In this document: positions 26,101 to 34,829 of the stretch, piece after piece | Layout of the letters: each line of letters opens with the position of its first letter | Position numbering within the stretch: position 1 is the first letter of the stretch | Notes under the pieces: model-generated | What the model was told of the DNA's origin: nothing | Database searches by the model: none | Seen by the model: only the letters and a program-made list of their open reading frames with translations | Position numbers and translations under genes: made by a program | IMG/VR virus record: IMGVR_UViG_3300027742_000003 | Source: a virus | DNA length: 46,791 nucleotides | Reading direction: 5' to 3' (one strand)

Positions 26101-27484
26101 TATTGATGAGAAGAACCTAGCTGGTGACTATAACTTTTGGAAGAAGTCTGGTATGTATGAGAGTGTTGTAAGGGGTAGTGCTGATGCTTCAAGTATCACT
26201 AACCGTCTTCCTTATGATGCTGGTGTATTACGTAGGGGCTTTAGTGGGCTAGTTGACAAAGGTCAAACGCCTTATAAGATGGGTGAGCTAGCTAACATGC
26301 GTATCTCATTCTTCACAGCCTTAGAGGAAATCAAAGACCTTAAGGGTAAGACGTTTAAGTATAACGACCAAACCTTGCAGCAAGTTATTGCTAGGGCAGA
26401 GCAGTTTAGGTTGAACATGAGTGGTGCTAACAAAGCAGCCTTTCAGAAAGGTATTTGGGCGCTACCAACACAGTTTAAACAAATCTACGGCAAATACATT
26501 GAGTCTATTGCAGGTAGTCACTTCACTGGTAAAGAGAAGATTAAACTTGCAGTTGGACAAATGGCCTTGTTTGGGGCGGCTGGTGTTCCTATTATGAATC
26601 ACTTCCAAGACCAAATGCTTGATATGGTTGGGGTTGATAAACTTGAACTTAGTTCAGAAGAGTTGATTACAATTAAACGTGGTGCTATTGGTTGGATGTT
26701 TAATCATGAGCTTGACATTGACGCTCTTATCTCAGGACGTTTAACAGTTAGTGCTGATGTTATAGAAGATTTCCGTAGGGCGCTTCTTGACACAAACACA
26801 CCAGCTATTAAATCTGCCTTTGGTGCTTCATTCACATCTGGTGATAAGGCTATTGACTTAATAACAAACTTAGCATTCTTTGGTAATCTTGTTGTTGACG
26901 ACTACCTTAATGACGAAGAACTTAATCCATCCCTTAAGAGCGCTGGTGAGAAGTTGGCAAGAAGTATTGCTAACCTACCATCATCTTCTCGTAAGTGGTT
27001 GGCTGCTTGGGACTTGTCAGAGGGCATGGTTCGTACAAGTGACGGACAACCTTTGTATTCGGTTCATCCTGAATTAGGTGATGTCTATGCTAGGGCTGTT
27101 GGTTTTGGTAGCCAAGAAATGGACGACCTATATAAGCTTAGGCAATCGGACGTTAAGAAGAATGAAAAGATTAGGGCATTAGCTGAAAGGTTTATTGCTC
27201 TAATGTATGATATGGAGAACGCAGTAACAAATCAGGATGAGGCTGATGTAGAACAACATCAAATAGCAGCAGCTTTTGTTAAGCGCCATATTTACTCTTT
27301 AGGCGAACAGGACGGACAAGCAGTTATGGATTTAGTTCATAGTCGTCTAGCAAGACCTAGGGACTTTAAAGAAGAAACTCTTCAAAAGGCTATTGATGGT
27401 AGTCTTAGTGAATCAACAACCAGTGCTAACAAACTTAGTATTATTAGACAAAAATATGTAGAGGAAAATAATCTTGGCAGGTAA
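23192..27484 (+). CDS. large internal virion / DNA-ejection protein (1430 aa)
   Basis: Giant ORF in the T7 gp15/gp16 position. No enzymatic motif recognised. Confidence 0.65.
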   Translation: MEDIELGINTVDAGENMYENVAGFADKNQKKALVADMSATVISEGGDLVQAVEDTSSLSAEQMKDNAAATYVQKEAGRIEQAVQTVAMEQPEQLPVAIKGARKSFQDLDDARKSKIVPHLNWVDSLEGSEKLTKDERESIAVDSAFLQSIMQGADKRAWYETGWDILGMMAVPDESYNAADVEQQLLGDKQGLEDWLGSSDSISNVAEFRASLSSSERVMFDERLKEVITNVDDNKLQQIMLALGVLGRDENSRSFQALEKFEALAVGANIGRGLLKGLRSVNVLNRTARAGDEMAAGKIADAVASDPKIAKEAGVPQIDAATVGNPVKPEGVFTGAPDGVQKKYRAHKENIQEALDRANNVLGYVVDIDSKDADEIVSAMNKSFAKNDDVENIKVFRSKAGVTFEYDVVDAEGTTLTRETKLFTLDDLNGFKQKESGFVGATLRGVVSPNTLTGQDRDFFVQAAEATLYAKGRIGKGLGDSIDEALKPVKGNVKKLTNVSDMLTLMDGRSELPSYERLVLEGVGGKRLTEDEWIAFTGVRKVLDDTYFLNNDVLRREMELKGVKAVSIEDGITSYAKPAGDPDTAYKMFSADVDNTIIADGERTLKGAGLDELQAAYKEGKVLVKSEASSPQEWFDSSEGLVKYALVDKRDVSELPNIVLNRQPNYLPKLREDANWFVKGQKQIVVNGAIKNVETTLAYAATKTQAQAWLNRLAKAAEKAGDTFDPSKFDIRFDREVSKGVDNSDVLTINGGLVRGKRKSSELEWAGKYDEGGRTDALDSIQRYMGITADRAALSEWRMEARTRIMNEAASNAEIGDKAKQLGWAALRSEIADSGIGLQRRSKLLAAYDQVNEMSSIPSSTDQRMQSWVRAVGEKFDEKGFEGTAKYFYHMHDKSLVDILKGATFNLTLGMFNVVQIPVQLLGASVAVSIAPKAALKASPKWLVASTLDFVTNEKSAKAFIRKMSSDLDIDEKNLAGDYNFWKKSGMYESVVRGSADASSITNRLPYDAGVLRRGFSGLVDKGQTPYKMGELANMRISFFTALEEIKDLKGKTFKYNDQTLQQVIARAEQFRLNMSGANKAAFQKGIWALPTQFKQIYGKYIESIAGSHFTGKEKIKLAVGQMALFGAAGVPIMNHFQDQMLDMVGVDKLELSSEELITIKRGAIGWMFNHELDIDALISGRLTVSADVIEDFRRALLDTNTPAIKSAFGASFTSGDKAIDLITNLAFFGNLVVDDYLNDEELNPSLKSAGEKLARSIANLPSSSRKWLAAWDLSEGMVRTSDGQPLYSVHPELGDVYARAVGFGSQEMDDLYKLRQSDVKKNEKIRALAERFIALMYDMENAVTNQDEADVEQHQIAAAFVKRHIYSLGEQDGQAVMDLVHSRLARPRDFKEETLQKAIDGSLSESTTSANKLSIIRQKYVEENNLGR

Positions 27485-29381
27485 TCTATTCAGCCCTGAA
27501 CTGGGCACAGTAAACTCATCTGTCACTCCAGCAGCACCTGTGAACAAAAGCGCTAACGTGCAACTGTTCGCAGATGTTCTTAATGTTGCCACAGAAGCCT
27601 CTTTTGCTTATGCTGGTCAACAGGAGCTTGACAGCCTTAAAAAGAAATTTAGTAATATTGCACAAGCTAGGATGCAGGGTGGTAAGTCTTCTGCCTTGCA
27701 AGCTAAGGCTAGGGCAGCATTAGATGAAGCTAAAGCTAATTCACCTTGGATAGCTAAGAAAGCTGACTCACTGTTCCAAACAAGTTTTGGTGGTGGTAGT
27801 GGTGGTGTGTTTGAGAAAACCCCACAAGAGAAAGCTGAGGAAGCTTACCAAGCCGATGTATCTGAGAAAGCTATTCGTCTTGGTGTTTCTAACGAAGAGG
27901 CTGCTAAACGTATTGCTATGGAAGAAAATGCAGCCAGTGCTAAGGTGTTGGCTGATTCTCAGAAAGATGTTAGGGAGTATAATGGTGAGCTTGTGTTTTC
28001 TAATACACAGGTTCAGGTGAACAATAAGAGTGTGCAGCTTATGGACGCCGCTAAGAGGGCTATGAAGAATGGTGGTGGGACAATATCACTTGACGACAAA
28101 CGTTCCTTAGAGTTCACTATAGACGCTACAGTGGCACAATTAAAAGGTGAGTTAGCCTCTCAAGTACGCGACCCTAACTCAGGGCATCTTCTTATTGGTA
28201 AAGCTGAGTATGATGATTCCTTATCTGAGATTGAAGAGTGGGCTGCAACAAGCAAGCAGCTTATTGGTGACAACTCTTACCTGAAAGTAATACAAGATGT
28301 TAACAGCTCTGACCAAGCTGAGATACAGGCTTTGGCCACTAGGGACTATAGGCTTATTAAGATTCTTAATGAGGCTGGTGGACAAGCTACAGTACAAGAC
28401 TTTATTGCTGCGGTAAATAGGAAAGAGGGTCAAGCTAAACAAAGCTTAATAAACAGAAACCCAATCCTTAAACAAGCGTTTAAACAACAAGGTAGCTTTA
28501 ACCAAGCCTCTAAGACAGCTCTTGATAAGATTATGGTTCCTAGTGATGATGCCTTTAGTCTTGTTGACAACGAGGCATACGCCTTAGGTACTGTAGTAAA
28601 TGACCCACGTAATAGTAGGCTTGCTCAGACAGTTGTAGAAAAGGCAGCTACTGAACCACAAGCACAGAAAGTTGTAGGGCAGATGGTACAGAAGAACCCT
28701 GATTCAGCAGCTATTGTGTGGAGTGATAGGTATAAAGCTTGGGCACAGGCTAATGAGGGTAAGGCTAAACGTGTTAATGAGACAGCTTTATCAGGTCTTA
28801 AGAAAGGTTTCTTGTCTACCTATGCGGCTGATAACCAAGCGCTTCCTACTGATTTCTCAATAGGCTCTGCGCCAGCCCCAACAAGTAGGCTTGCAAGTAG
28901 CAAACAACGAGCGCCAAAACCAAACACTATTACTGGTGATGGCATGACCCCTGAGTCTGCTGTATTCTTACGTAATATGTTAGCTGTTTATTCGTTTAAT
29001 CCTAAGGAGCTTGAAAAGGTACGTAGTGAATCTGGTGTTTCTGACATGACACCACAAGAAGCTGTTCCGTATTTTGTGTTAGGTAAATTGCCCGAAAGAT
29101 TTTCTAACAATAATTCAGACAAACCAGACCCACAAACCAAGCCAGAGGTTGACGGCTTTACTGGGGCTTCTGTAACAACTGATGAAGAAGTTTCTGCAAG
29201 TGGTGAGCCTGATGCACCAGCACCAGTAGGCCCTGCTATGAAGCGCTTTATTAGTAAGGCTAAGGAGCTTAATTGGTCTGAGAGTGATGTTGATTCCTTT
29301 GTTAAGGATTTAGGTCTTGCAGATAATGCACAAACAAAATCTATTAGCGAGCAGATTAAAAACAACATGAGGGATAATTAA
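27474..29381 (+). CDS. internal virion protein (635 aa)
   Basis: TTG start 8 nt after GAGGA, Ala/Gln/Lys-rich. Confidence 0.6.
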   Translation: MAGNLFSPELGTVNSSVTPAAPVNKSANVQLFADVLNVATEASFAYAGQQELDSLKKKFSNIAQARMQGGKSSALQAKARAALDEAKANSPWIAKKADSLFQTSFGGGSGGVFEKTPQEKAEEAYQADVSEKAIRLGVSNEEAAKRIAMEENAASAKVLADSQKDVREYNGELVFSNTQVQVNNKSVQLMDAAKRAMKNGGGTISLDDKRSLEFTIDATVAQLKGELASQVRDPNSGHLLIGKAEYDDSLSEIEEWAATSKQLIGDNSYLKVIQDVNSSDQAEIQALATRDYRLIKILNEAGGQATVQDFIAAVNRKEGQAKQSLINRNPILKQAFKQQGSFNQASKTALDKIMVPSDDAFSLVDNEAYALGTVVNDPRNSRLAQTVVEKAATEPQAQKVVGQMVQKNPDSAAIVWSDRYKAWAQANEGKAKRVNETALSGLKKGFLSTYAADNQALPTDFSIGSAPAPTSRLASSKQRAPKPNTITGDGMTPESAVFLRNMLAVYSFNPKELEKVRSESGVSDMTPQEAVPYFVLGKLPERFSNNNSDKPDPQTKPEVDGFTGASVTTDEEVSASGEPDAPAPVGPAMKRFISKAKELNWSESDVDSFVKDLGLADNAQTKSISEQIKNNMRDN

Positions 29382-29734
29382 TGGGAGATTTAACAGCAAA
29401 CTTTAGTCGTAAGGAGTTTGCTTGTAAGTGTGGCTGTGGGTTTGATGACGTAAGTCTTGAACTCGTAGCTGTGCTACAAGACCTTAGGGAACATTTTGGA
29501 CTGCCTATTGTAATTAATTCTGCTTGTCGTTGTGAGGAGCATAATGACAGGGTTGGTGGTTCTAAGGGTTCTAAACATAAAGAGGGTATTGCTGCGGATA
29601 TAGTTGTACGTGGTAAGACACCTAAGGAGGTTCATGCTTACTTGATTGACAAGTATGATGGTAAGTATGGTATTGGTAGATATAACACGTTCACTCATAT
29701 CGATGTGAGGAAAACAGTTGGTAGGTGGGGGTAG
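29381..29734 (+). CDS. endolysin, peptidase M15 (zinc D-Ala-D-Ala carboxypeptidase-like) family
   Basis: FSRKEFACKCGCG...INSACRCEEHNDRVGGSKGSKHKEGIAADI...FTHIDV. Confidence 0.85.
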   Translation: MGDLTANFSRKEFACKCGCGFDDVSLELVAVLQDLREHFGLPIVINSACRCEEHNDRVGGSKGSKHKEGIAADIVVRGKTPKEVHAYLIDKYDGKYGIGRYNTFTHIDVRKTVGRWG

Positions 29735-29735
29735 T

Positions 29736-30158
29736 ATGTGGAGTTTAATATTAGGTAAGTTATTTGGTATGGGTGAGAGCTGGTTGGATGCTAAGAATAA
29801 GCAAGCCACAGCTAAGGTGGAGGCAGATACAGAAGTTATTGTAGCTAAGGCTAAGAGTAAGGTTACAATCGCTGAGAAAGACGCTGAGGCGGCTAATGAT
29901 ATTGACTTGATTACTGTTAAGAATAAGAACGAAACCTATATGGATAACTTCGTTATATTTACATTCTTAGGTACGTATGTAGCAATGTTCATTCCACCAC
30001 TACAACCTTATGTAGCGCAAGGATTTGAAAACTTTAAGGACGCCCCTGAGTGGTTCCAGTATATTATGTATGGAATTGTTATCAGTGAGCTTGGCCTTAG
30101 GCGTATGTTCATGCGTTTTATGGATGCTATTATAACAATGAGAACAGGAGTGAAGTAA
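29736..30158 (+). CDS. holin-like membrane protein
   Basis: Directly after the endolysin. Charged N-terminal helix plus C-terminal TM segments FVIFTFLGTYVAMFIPPL and WFQYIMYGIVISELGL. Confidence 0.55.
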   Translation: MWSLILGKLFGMGESWLDAKNKQATAKVEADTEVIVAKAKSKVTIAEKDAEAANDIDLITVKNKNETYMDNFVIFTFLGTYVAMFIPPLQPYVAQGFENFKDAPEWFQYIMYGIVISELGLRRMFMRFMDAIITMRTGVK

Positions 30159-30842
30159 GTGTCTGTTAATAATAAAATTATGGATAAGCTTGGTGAGCAG
30201 GGTTATACAGGAAGTATTAATGAGAGAATACAAGCAAACCTCTTTGACCTGTATGGCACTACTAATATTAATGTGGGGCTATCTAAGGCGGGGGGTTTTA
30301 AGAGTTATGTTAGTGGGCTGATTGGTGTTGAATACGTGGCTAAGTTGAATGGTGTCGACCAGTATTGGCAGCTAACAGAAGAGATAACAGTGCCTGACGG
30401 CGGCTCTATAGAGTTGGATTTAATGTACGATAGCTCAAATCAATCAAGCACTGAATATGTACTTACTAGTGAAGATAACTCTGATACGTCACTGTTCTTT
30501 GCCTCGCGTGAGGCTATACAAGCAGGTTCAAGCGGATACATATCAAATGTACTTGTGGACGGCGAACTCTCAAGCATGCTGCCGTACGATAATGTGTTTC
30601 ACACAATTAAGTGTATTGCCAGTGGTGGGTTAACAATGGTAGGTATACTAGCTGCTAGGTTTAGTTATACAAGGAATAGTAGCGGGACAATTAAGATGTT
30701 TAGAGTTAGAGATTCAGGTGGAGTTGTTGTTAACGAAATCCCCCTAACAAATAAATCACAAGGTGCCACACAACTAGCAACGGTTGGAAGTGTTAACGCT
30801 ACTATGGTTGGGTATGACCCGTCAGTATGGATTATTAAATAA
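30159..30842 (+). CDS. hypothetical protein (227 aa), possibly a structural or lectin-like accessory
   Basis: GTG start 8 nt after AGGAG. No motif recognised with confidence. Confidence 0.55.
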   Translation: MSVNNKIMDKLGEQGYTGSINERIQANLFDLYGTTNINVGLSKAGGFKSYVSGLIGVEYVAKLNGVDQYWQLTEEITVPDGGSIELDLMYDSSNQSSTEYVLTSEDNSDTSLFFASREAIQAGSSGYISNVLVDGELSSMLPYDNVFHTIKCIASGGLTMVGILAARFSYTRNSSGTIKMFRVRDSGGVVVNEIPLTNKSQGATQLATVGSVNATMVGYDPSVWIIK

Positions 30843-30856
30843 CAAGGTAGGTGTTT

Positions 30857-31189
30857 ATGTCAGTAAGTGTTAGTTATCAGGCAGTAGGGTTGCTGTTAAC
30901 TTCTTTACTTGTATGCGGGGGCGGTGTAGCTGCTTATGTAGATGTTAAGAGCGACATTGCTGTAGTTGAAACTAAGTTGGATGCTGCTAGGGATAATAAG
31001 AAAGAGTTGTCTAACTATGACTCCTCACTACAGCGTCAAGTAGATAATAATAGGGAGAGTATTGTTAAGACTGAGGCTAGGCAGGAGGGTATTGAAAAGA
31101 CGCAGAATAGGCTTGAGCGTACAATGGATGAGATACTAAAGGAGATGAAACTAATGAACGATAATCTTATTCGGCTTGAGCCTAAGTAA
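30857..31189 (+). CDS. TM-anchored coiled-coil protein (i-spanin-like)
   Basis: N-terminal TM AVGLLLTSLLVCGGGVAAYV followed by heptad-rich sequence. Confidence 0.5.
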   Translation: MSVSVSYQAVGLLLTSLLVCGGGVAAYVDVKSDIAVVETKLDAARDNKKELSNYDSSLQRQVDNNRESIVKTEARQEGIEKTQNRLERTMDEILKEMKLMNDNLIRLEPK

Positions 31190-31193
31190 ACGC

Positions 31194-31230
31194 AAAAAAA
31201 AGGAGGGGGTAAGCCGCTAAGCCTACCCCC
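31194..31230 (-). terminator. rho-independent terminator at the convergence point of the two arms
   Basis: Minus strand reads GGGGGTA-12 nt-TACCCCC, then tcc and T8. The same hairpin follows the last plus-strand gene, but with no T tract on that strand. Confidence 0.75.
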
Positions 31231-31239
31231 AAGGTTGTT

Positions 31240-31521
31240 CTAACTGAACTCAATCTTTGAATCAATAAATCTCTGCTTAAGTGCTTCCATAGCTCCTATT
31301 AGAGTGTACACATCCTTGTTACAATACCAACAGTCAACAACAGTACCATCAGCACAAGTCATGGTTATTGCAATTGTCTCAGCACCAGACTCCTTAGCTA
31401 TCTTAGTGATGTCCTCAAGTCTGCTTAACACACCCTGCTCTACACAGTCAGATGGGTCTGGCAATAAAGAGACAACACTAGATTGCACAAGCCCCTCCGT
31501 CACATCCGTCTCCTCGCTCAT
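31240..31521 (-). CDS. hypothetical acidic protein (93 aa)
   Basis: Internal ATG (MSEETDV...) chosen because the longer form overlaps the upstream ORF extensively. Confidence 0.5.
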   Translation of the reverse strand: MSEETDVTEGLVQSSVVSLLPDPSDCVEQGVLSRLEDITKIAKESGAETIAITMTCADGTVVDCWYCNKDVYTLIGAMEALKQRFIDSKIEFS

Positions 31522-31705
31522 CTTCACCCCACTTAGGCATATCTGCCTTTTGTCCAAATAGATAACCCTTGTTACCAACCTCAGTACCACACCTAGGCGC
31601 TTCATACTTAAACCAGTATTCATCAGACATATAATCAGGCTTCTTCATAACCACCCCATTACGTCTAACAGTGTAACCATCAGGACTTATTTCTAAACTG
31701 CTCAA
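31478..31705 (-). CDS. hypothetical protein (75 aa; start uncertain)
   Basis: TTG at 31705 or ATG at 31648. Downstream of the R3 promoter-like element. Confidence 0.45.
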   Translation of the reverse strand: MSSLEISPDGYTVRRNGVVMKKPDYMSDEYWFKYEAPRCGTEVGNKGYLFGQKADMPKWGEDERGDGCDGGACAI

Positions 31706-31800
31706 TACAACACCTATAATAATAAAATAATAAGATAAGCCTCCTAAGACTTCCTTGTCTTAATACAAATACTCCCTTACTAAAACTCCTAAGGCACACC

Positions 31801-31850
31801 TTATATACTCCGATTTTAGGTGTTTTTCCCAAAATTATTTTAATTATTTT
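31801..31850 (-). repeat. R3: partial copy (promoter core) of the R1/R2 family
   Basis: Minus strand reads aaataattaaaataattttgggaaaaacacctaaaatcggagtatataagg. Confidence 0.7.
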
Positions 31851-32835
31851 ATAAGACGTTCATATTTAAGGACTTTCTTTTCTCCTTAGAAAGCAGGTTA
31901 ACACGGCCACGTTTCTCAGCCCCACAACTATCACACTTAAACTTATCAAACTTACTTAGGTTTGTATAAGCATAACCACTGTGCGTCCAACTTGTACTTC
32001 CACAGAAGCAAACGTTGTCTGTTTCATTGTGGTACATATCAAGGTTAGGAATTTGGTTAGACCAAGGTGCAAGCTTGAATGCTAGTTCCTCAAGAGATAA
32101 TACGTCATACTGGTTGTACTCTCGCATCTCCTCCCAAGCAGCTTCATTACCAATCATACACTCTTTCCAAAGGTCAAACCCCGGAAACTTGCCATGCTTC
32201 AACTTCTTATACTTAACACAAAATTTATCGGTCATGTATTCAAGCTTATTGCTAGTAAACCCGAAATGACGCTTAGCGATTTGTAATGTATCAATATGCT
32301 TATAAGAACTTGGTGGTTGTAGGCCATGCCTTAAGAACCTAGCATTAAGTTTACGAACATCAAACTTCTTACCATTCTGCGTGATAACAATATCAGCTTT
32401 GTCTAGCAAGTTCCATATGCCAACAACTAGGTCGTGGTCGTCAATCTCATTAAAGATGCTGCTTGCACTTCCATCAAAGAACCCACGACAGTCATCGTAA
32501 AGCACTTCATCAGAATCAAGCCACTTAGCAGACCATGATATAACAGCCCAATCTCGGACAGTCATGTTTAAGCCAATATTCTGTTGCCACAATCCCCAGT
32601 GATAACTTAAGCAAGGTGCTGTCTCTATATCAAATGTTAGGATATTTGGAGCTGTAAGCTTCTTAGAGGGCCTTTCTTCACCACCCCCTACCAATCCTCT
32701 TCTCTTTAATATATAATGCACTGTAGACGCCCTAGAGCGCGTTCCAAATACAGCCTCACTTATGTCCCTGTGCTTGGCACCAGCTAGTTTAAGTTCACAA
32801 ACAGCAAGCTCTTGCTTCTCTGTTGTTTTTCTCAT
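31849..32835 (-). CDS. DEDD-type 3'-5' exonuclease (PolB-exo-like / RNase H fold) with an N-terminal HTH
   Basis: LTFDIETAP (Exo I), ...ITQNGKKFD (Exo II). N-terminal AGAKHRDISEAV... is HTH-like. Confidence 0.7.
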   Translation of the reverse strand: MRKTTEKQELAVCELKLAGAKHRDISEAVFGTRSRASTVHYILKRRGLVGGGEERPSKKLTAPNILTFDIETAPCLSYHWGLWQQNIGLNMTVRDWAVISWSAKWLDSDEVLYDDCRGFFDGSASSIFNEIDDHDLVVGIWNLLDKADIVITQNGKKFDVRKLNARFLRHGLQPPSSYKHIDTLQIAKRHFGFTSNKLEYMTDKFCVKYKKLKHGKFPGFDLWKECMIGNEAAWEEMREYNQYDVLSLEELAFKLAPWSNQIPNLDMYHNETDNVCFCGSTSWTHSGYAYTNLSKFDKFKCDSCGAEKRGRVNLLSKEKRKSLNMNVL

Positions 32836-33083
32836 TAAGTTTCCTTATGTATTTTTCTATATGCAAACATAGAGGCAACAATTCCTAATGAAGCCCCTAG
32901 TCCGACATAGATAGCAGACACCATATCTGCATTCTTACTAACCTCAACAATAACTAAGACATCCAATATCGCCATTATATATGAGACAACAAAGGCAGCT
33001 TTAAACTTACCGCCTATAATATTCTGACTTTGGAATCCTTTACAGAACACCGATAGAAAGCTTGCTAGTGCGAGGTATATCAT
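32835..33083 (-). CDS. small multi-pass membrane protein
   Basis: 82 aa with 2-3 hydrophobic segments. Confidence 0.55.
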   Translation of the reverse strand: MIYLALASFLSVFCKGFQSQNIIGGKFKAAFVVSYIMAILDVLVIVEVSKNADMVSAIYVGLGASLGIVASMFAYRKIHKET

Positions 33084-33091
33084 AATAACCC

Positions 33092-33439
33092 TTAAATATC
33101 GTCTATATAAATAACAGTTTTACCAATTGACTTGGCGTATTCAATCTCAGCAGTTATGCCAACACTGTCTTCCCAGCCTTTCATCATAAGAACCCAAACA
33201 GCATCACAAGCATCTATGTAAGCTTTGTCAAGTTTCTCCCAAAAAGAGAAGTCCTTAGGCAGCCCATAGATATTTGCCATTGGGTGACAATGTACAATAG
33301 GTGAGAACACACATAAACCACCCTTAAGCAGTTCATTAGTCTTCTCCATCACCCTTAGGTAACGCTCCTCACGAATCTTCTTATCTTTGTCACTATCAGT
33401 CTTAGCATTTAAGCTATATACACTGCATAAATATATCAT
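33092..33439 (-). CDS. DUF1937-like protein (nucleoside 2-deoxyribosyltransferase-like fold)
   Basis: [10 protein letters not shown]...[30 protein letters not shown] pattern. Confidence 0.6.
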   Translation of the reverse strand: MIYLCSVYSLNAKTDSDKDKKIREERYLRVMEKTNELLKGGLCVFSPIVHCHPMANIYGLPKDFSFWEKLDKAYIDACDAVWVLMMKGWEDSVGITAEIEYAKSIGKTVIYIDDI

Positions 33440-33831
33440 ATCATTTGTTCCTCATACTCACTTGATTTAATACCTGCTATTGTCATAACACTTTTCTCTT
33501 GTGTAAGCTCCTTACTTCTATCATCTAACTCTGGGTGAGTACGTACACCCTCAGCTAAAAACATTGCATTACACAACATGTGGTCAACATGCCTAAGGCC
33601 ACTTTCTGGGTCAATGTCTTCGCCAGCTAAGAAAGCCGACATGTGCCTAGCCAAGCTGTCGCATATCTCTGTATGATTAAGACCTTTGTGCCAATTACCC
33701 CTTGCGTATTTCTTTGCCCCGAACTGTAAGACAGAGGCACAACCTGTTAAAGCGTGCCTTGCCTCAAGAACCATAGACAAAGGGGACTTGTCAGTATTAA
33801 ACCGCATAGCCCCTTGTTCTGGTTTAGTCAT
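33436..33831 (-). CDS. DUF5664-like all-alpha dNTP diphosphohydrolase-like protein
   Basis: [13 protein letters not shown]...[35 protein letters not shown]. Confidence 0.6.
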   Translation of the reverse strand: MTKPEQGAMRFNTDKSPLSMVLEARHALTGCASVLQFGAKKYARGNWHKGLNHTEICDSLARHMSAFLAGEDIDPESGLRHVDHMLCNAMFLAEGVRTHPELDDRSKELTQEKSVMTIAGIKSSEYEEQMI

Positions 33832-33840
33832 AATTACCTC

Positions 33841-34110
33841 TTAGTGGATTGAAGCTGAATCAGCAAATGTATTACCGCTTAGCATTTCTCTTCGAACTAC
33901 CTCAGCACCCCTTACTTTGATGTATTGCAACATCATAAAGATTTTAGTGGCGTCGCCCTTAGAGAACTTCTCAGCATACTCTCTTGCCATCTTCTCATTA
34001 AACTTCTCGTTGATATTGGCCATAGTTACAGCACGATTCCAAGTTTGAAGTTTAGTGTCTTCAACATCGTTGAAAAGTGAATAGCCTTTGTACGAATTAT
34101 TATTGTCCAT
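33841..34110 (-). CDS. hypothetical protein (89 aa)
   Basis: Internal ATG (MDNNNSYKG...) just after the HNH stop. Confidence 0.55.
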   Translation of the reverse strand: MDNNNSYKGYSLFNDVEDTKLQTWNRAVTMANINEKFNEKMAREYAEKFSKGDATKIFMMLQYIKVRGAEVVRREMLSGNTFADSASIH

Positions 34111-34555
34111 TCTTTTCTCTCTCTCTTCTTTGCTTAGCAATTAGTTTTTCTTCTTCGGTTTTCTTGTCGTGACAATCCCCACACAATACTTGTAGGTTAT
34201 CAAGCTCACAAAACATTCTGTTTATACAGTCGTCCCAAGTGGTAAACCCAACTGCGGGGTCTATGATTGGCTTAATGTGGTCAACGTGTACATTCTTAAC
34301 ACGCCGCCTACTGCCATCCTTTTTAACAGATACAGGAACCTCCTGCTTACAGCCAGCACACATTTTAAAGCCACGCCTAGTTGAAGCAAGCTTAAGGCAC
34401 TCACCAATCGGCCCCCACTTCATTGTGCATCGCCTTAAGTTTCCTTTTATAAAGCTGTTAAATCTGGCCTCAGTCCACTGACCAGAACACCTAGTTTTCT
34501 CACCACTGGGACGCCCTCCTTTATTTTTTGTTGCCAATGTCCAACTCCTCCTCAT
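34100..34555 (-). CDS. HNH endonuclease (second copy type)
   Basis: CAGCKQE...VHVDHIKPI...LQVLCGDCHDKKT. The start could instead be the TTG at 34537 (AGGAGG upstream). Confidence 0.85.
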   Translation of the reverse strand: MRRSWTLATKNKGGRPSGEKTRCSGQWTEARFNSFIKGNLRRCTMKWGPIGECLKLASTRRGFKMCAGCKQEVPVSVKKDGSRRRVKNVHVDHIKPIIDPAVGFTTWDDCINRMFCELDNLQVLCGDCHDKKTEEEKLIAKQRREREKNGQ

Positions 34556-34784
34556 TTAGGTAAGCCCTTATGATATAGTCGTCAGTTACTTGGGCAAGGT
34601 CTCTAAAATGCTCTATACTCTTAATACAAAAACCAGCAAGCTCTTCCTTAAGGATGTTCTCCAACTCTTGTTGTGCAGCAGCCATGTGCTTGTCAACAAT
34701 CCTCTTAATGACAGAAGACTTAACCTTTTCCTCTAGCCCTGCTTTTAAGAGCGCCTCTATGGGTAGGCTCTTGTTTAAAGGCAT
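34521..34784 (-). CDS. hypothetical protein (87 aa)
   Basis: ATG 8 nt after GGGAGGA. Confidence 0.6.
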   Translation of the reverse strand: MPLNKSLPIEALLKAGLEEKVKSSVIKRIVDKHMAAAQQELENILKEELAGFCIKSIEHFRDLAQVTDDYIIRAYLNEEELDIGNKK

Positions 34785-34829
34785 ATAATCCTCCCGTATG
34801 TTTGTATTTGTAATAAGTAATACATGTGA

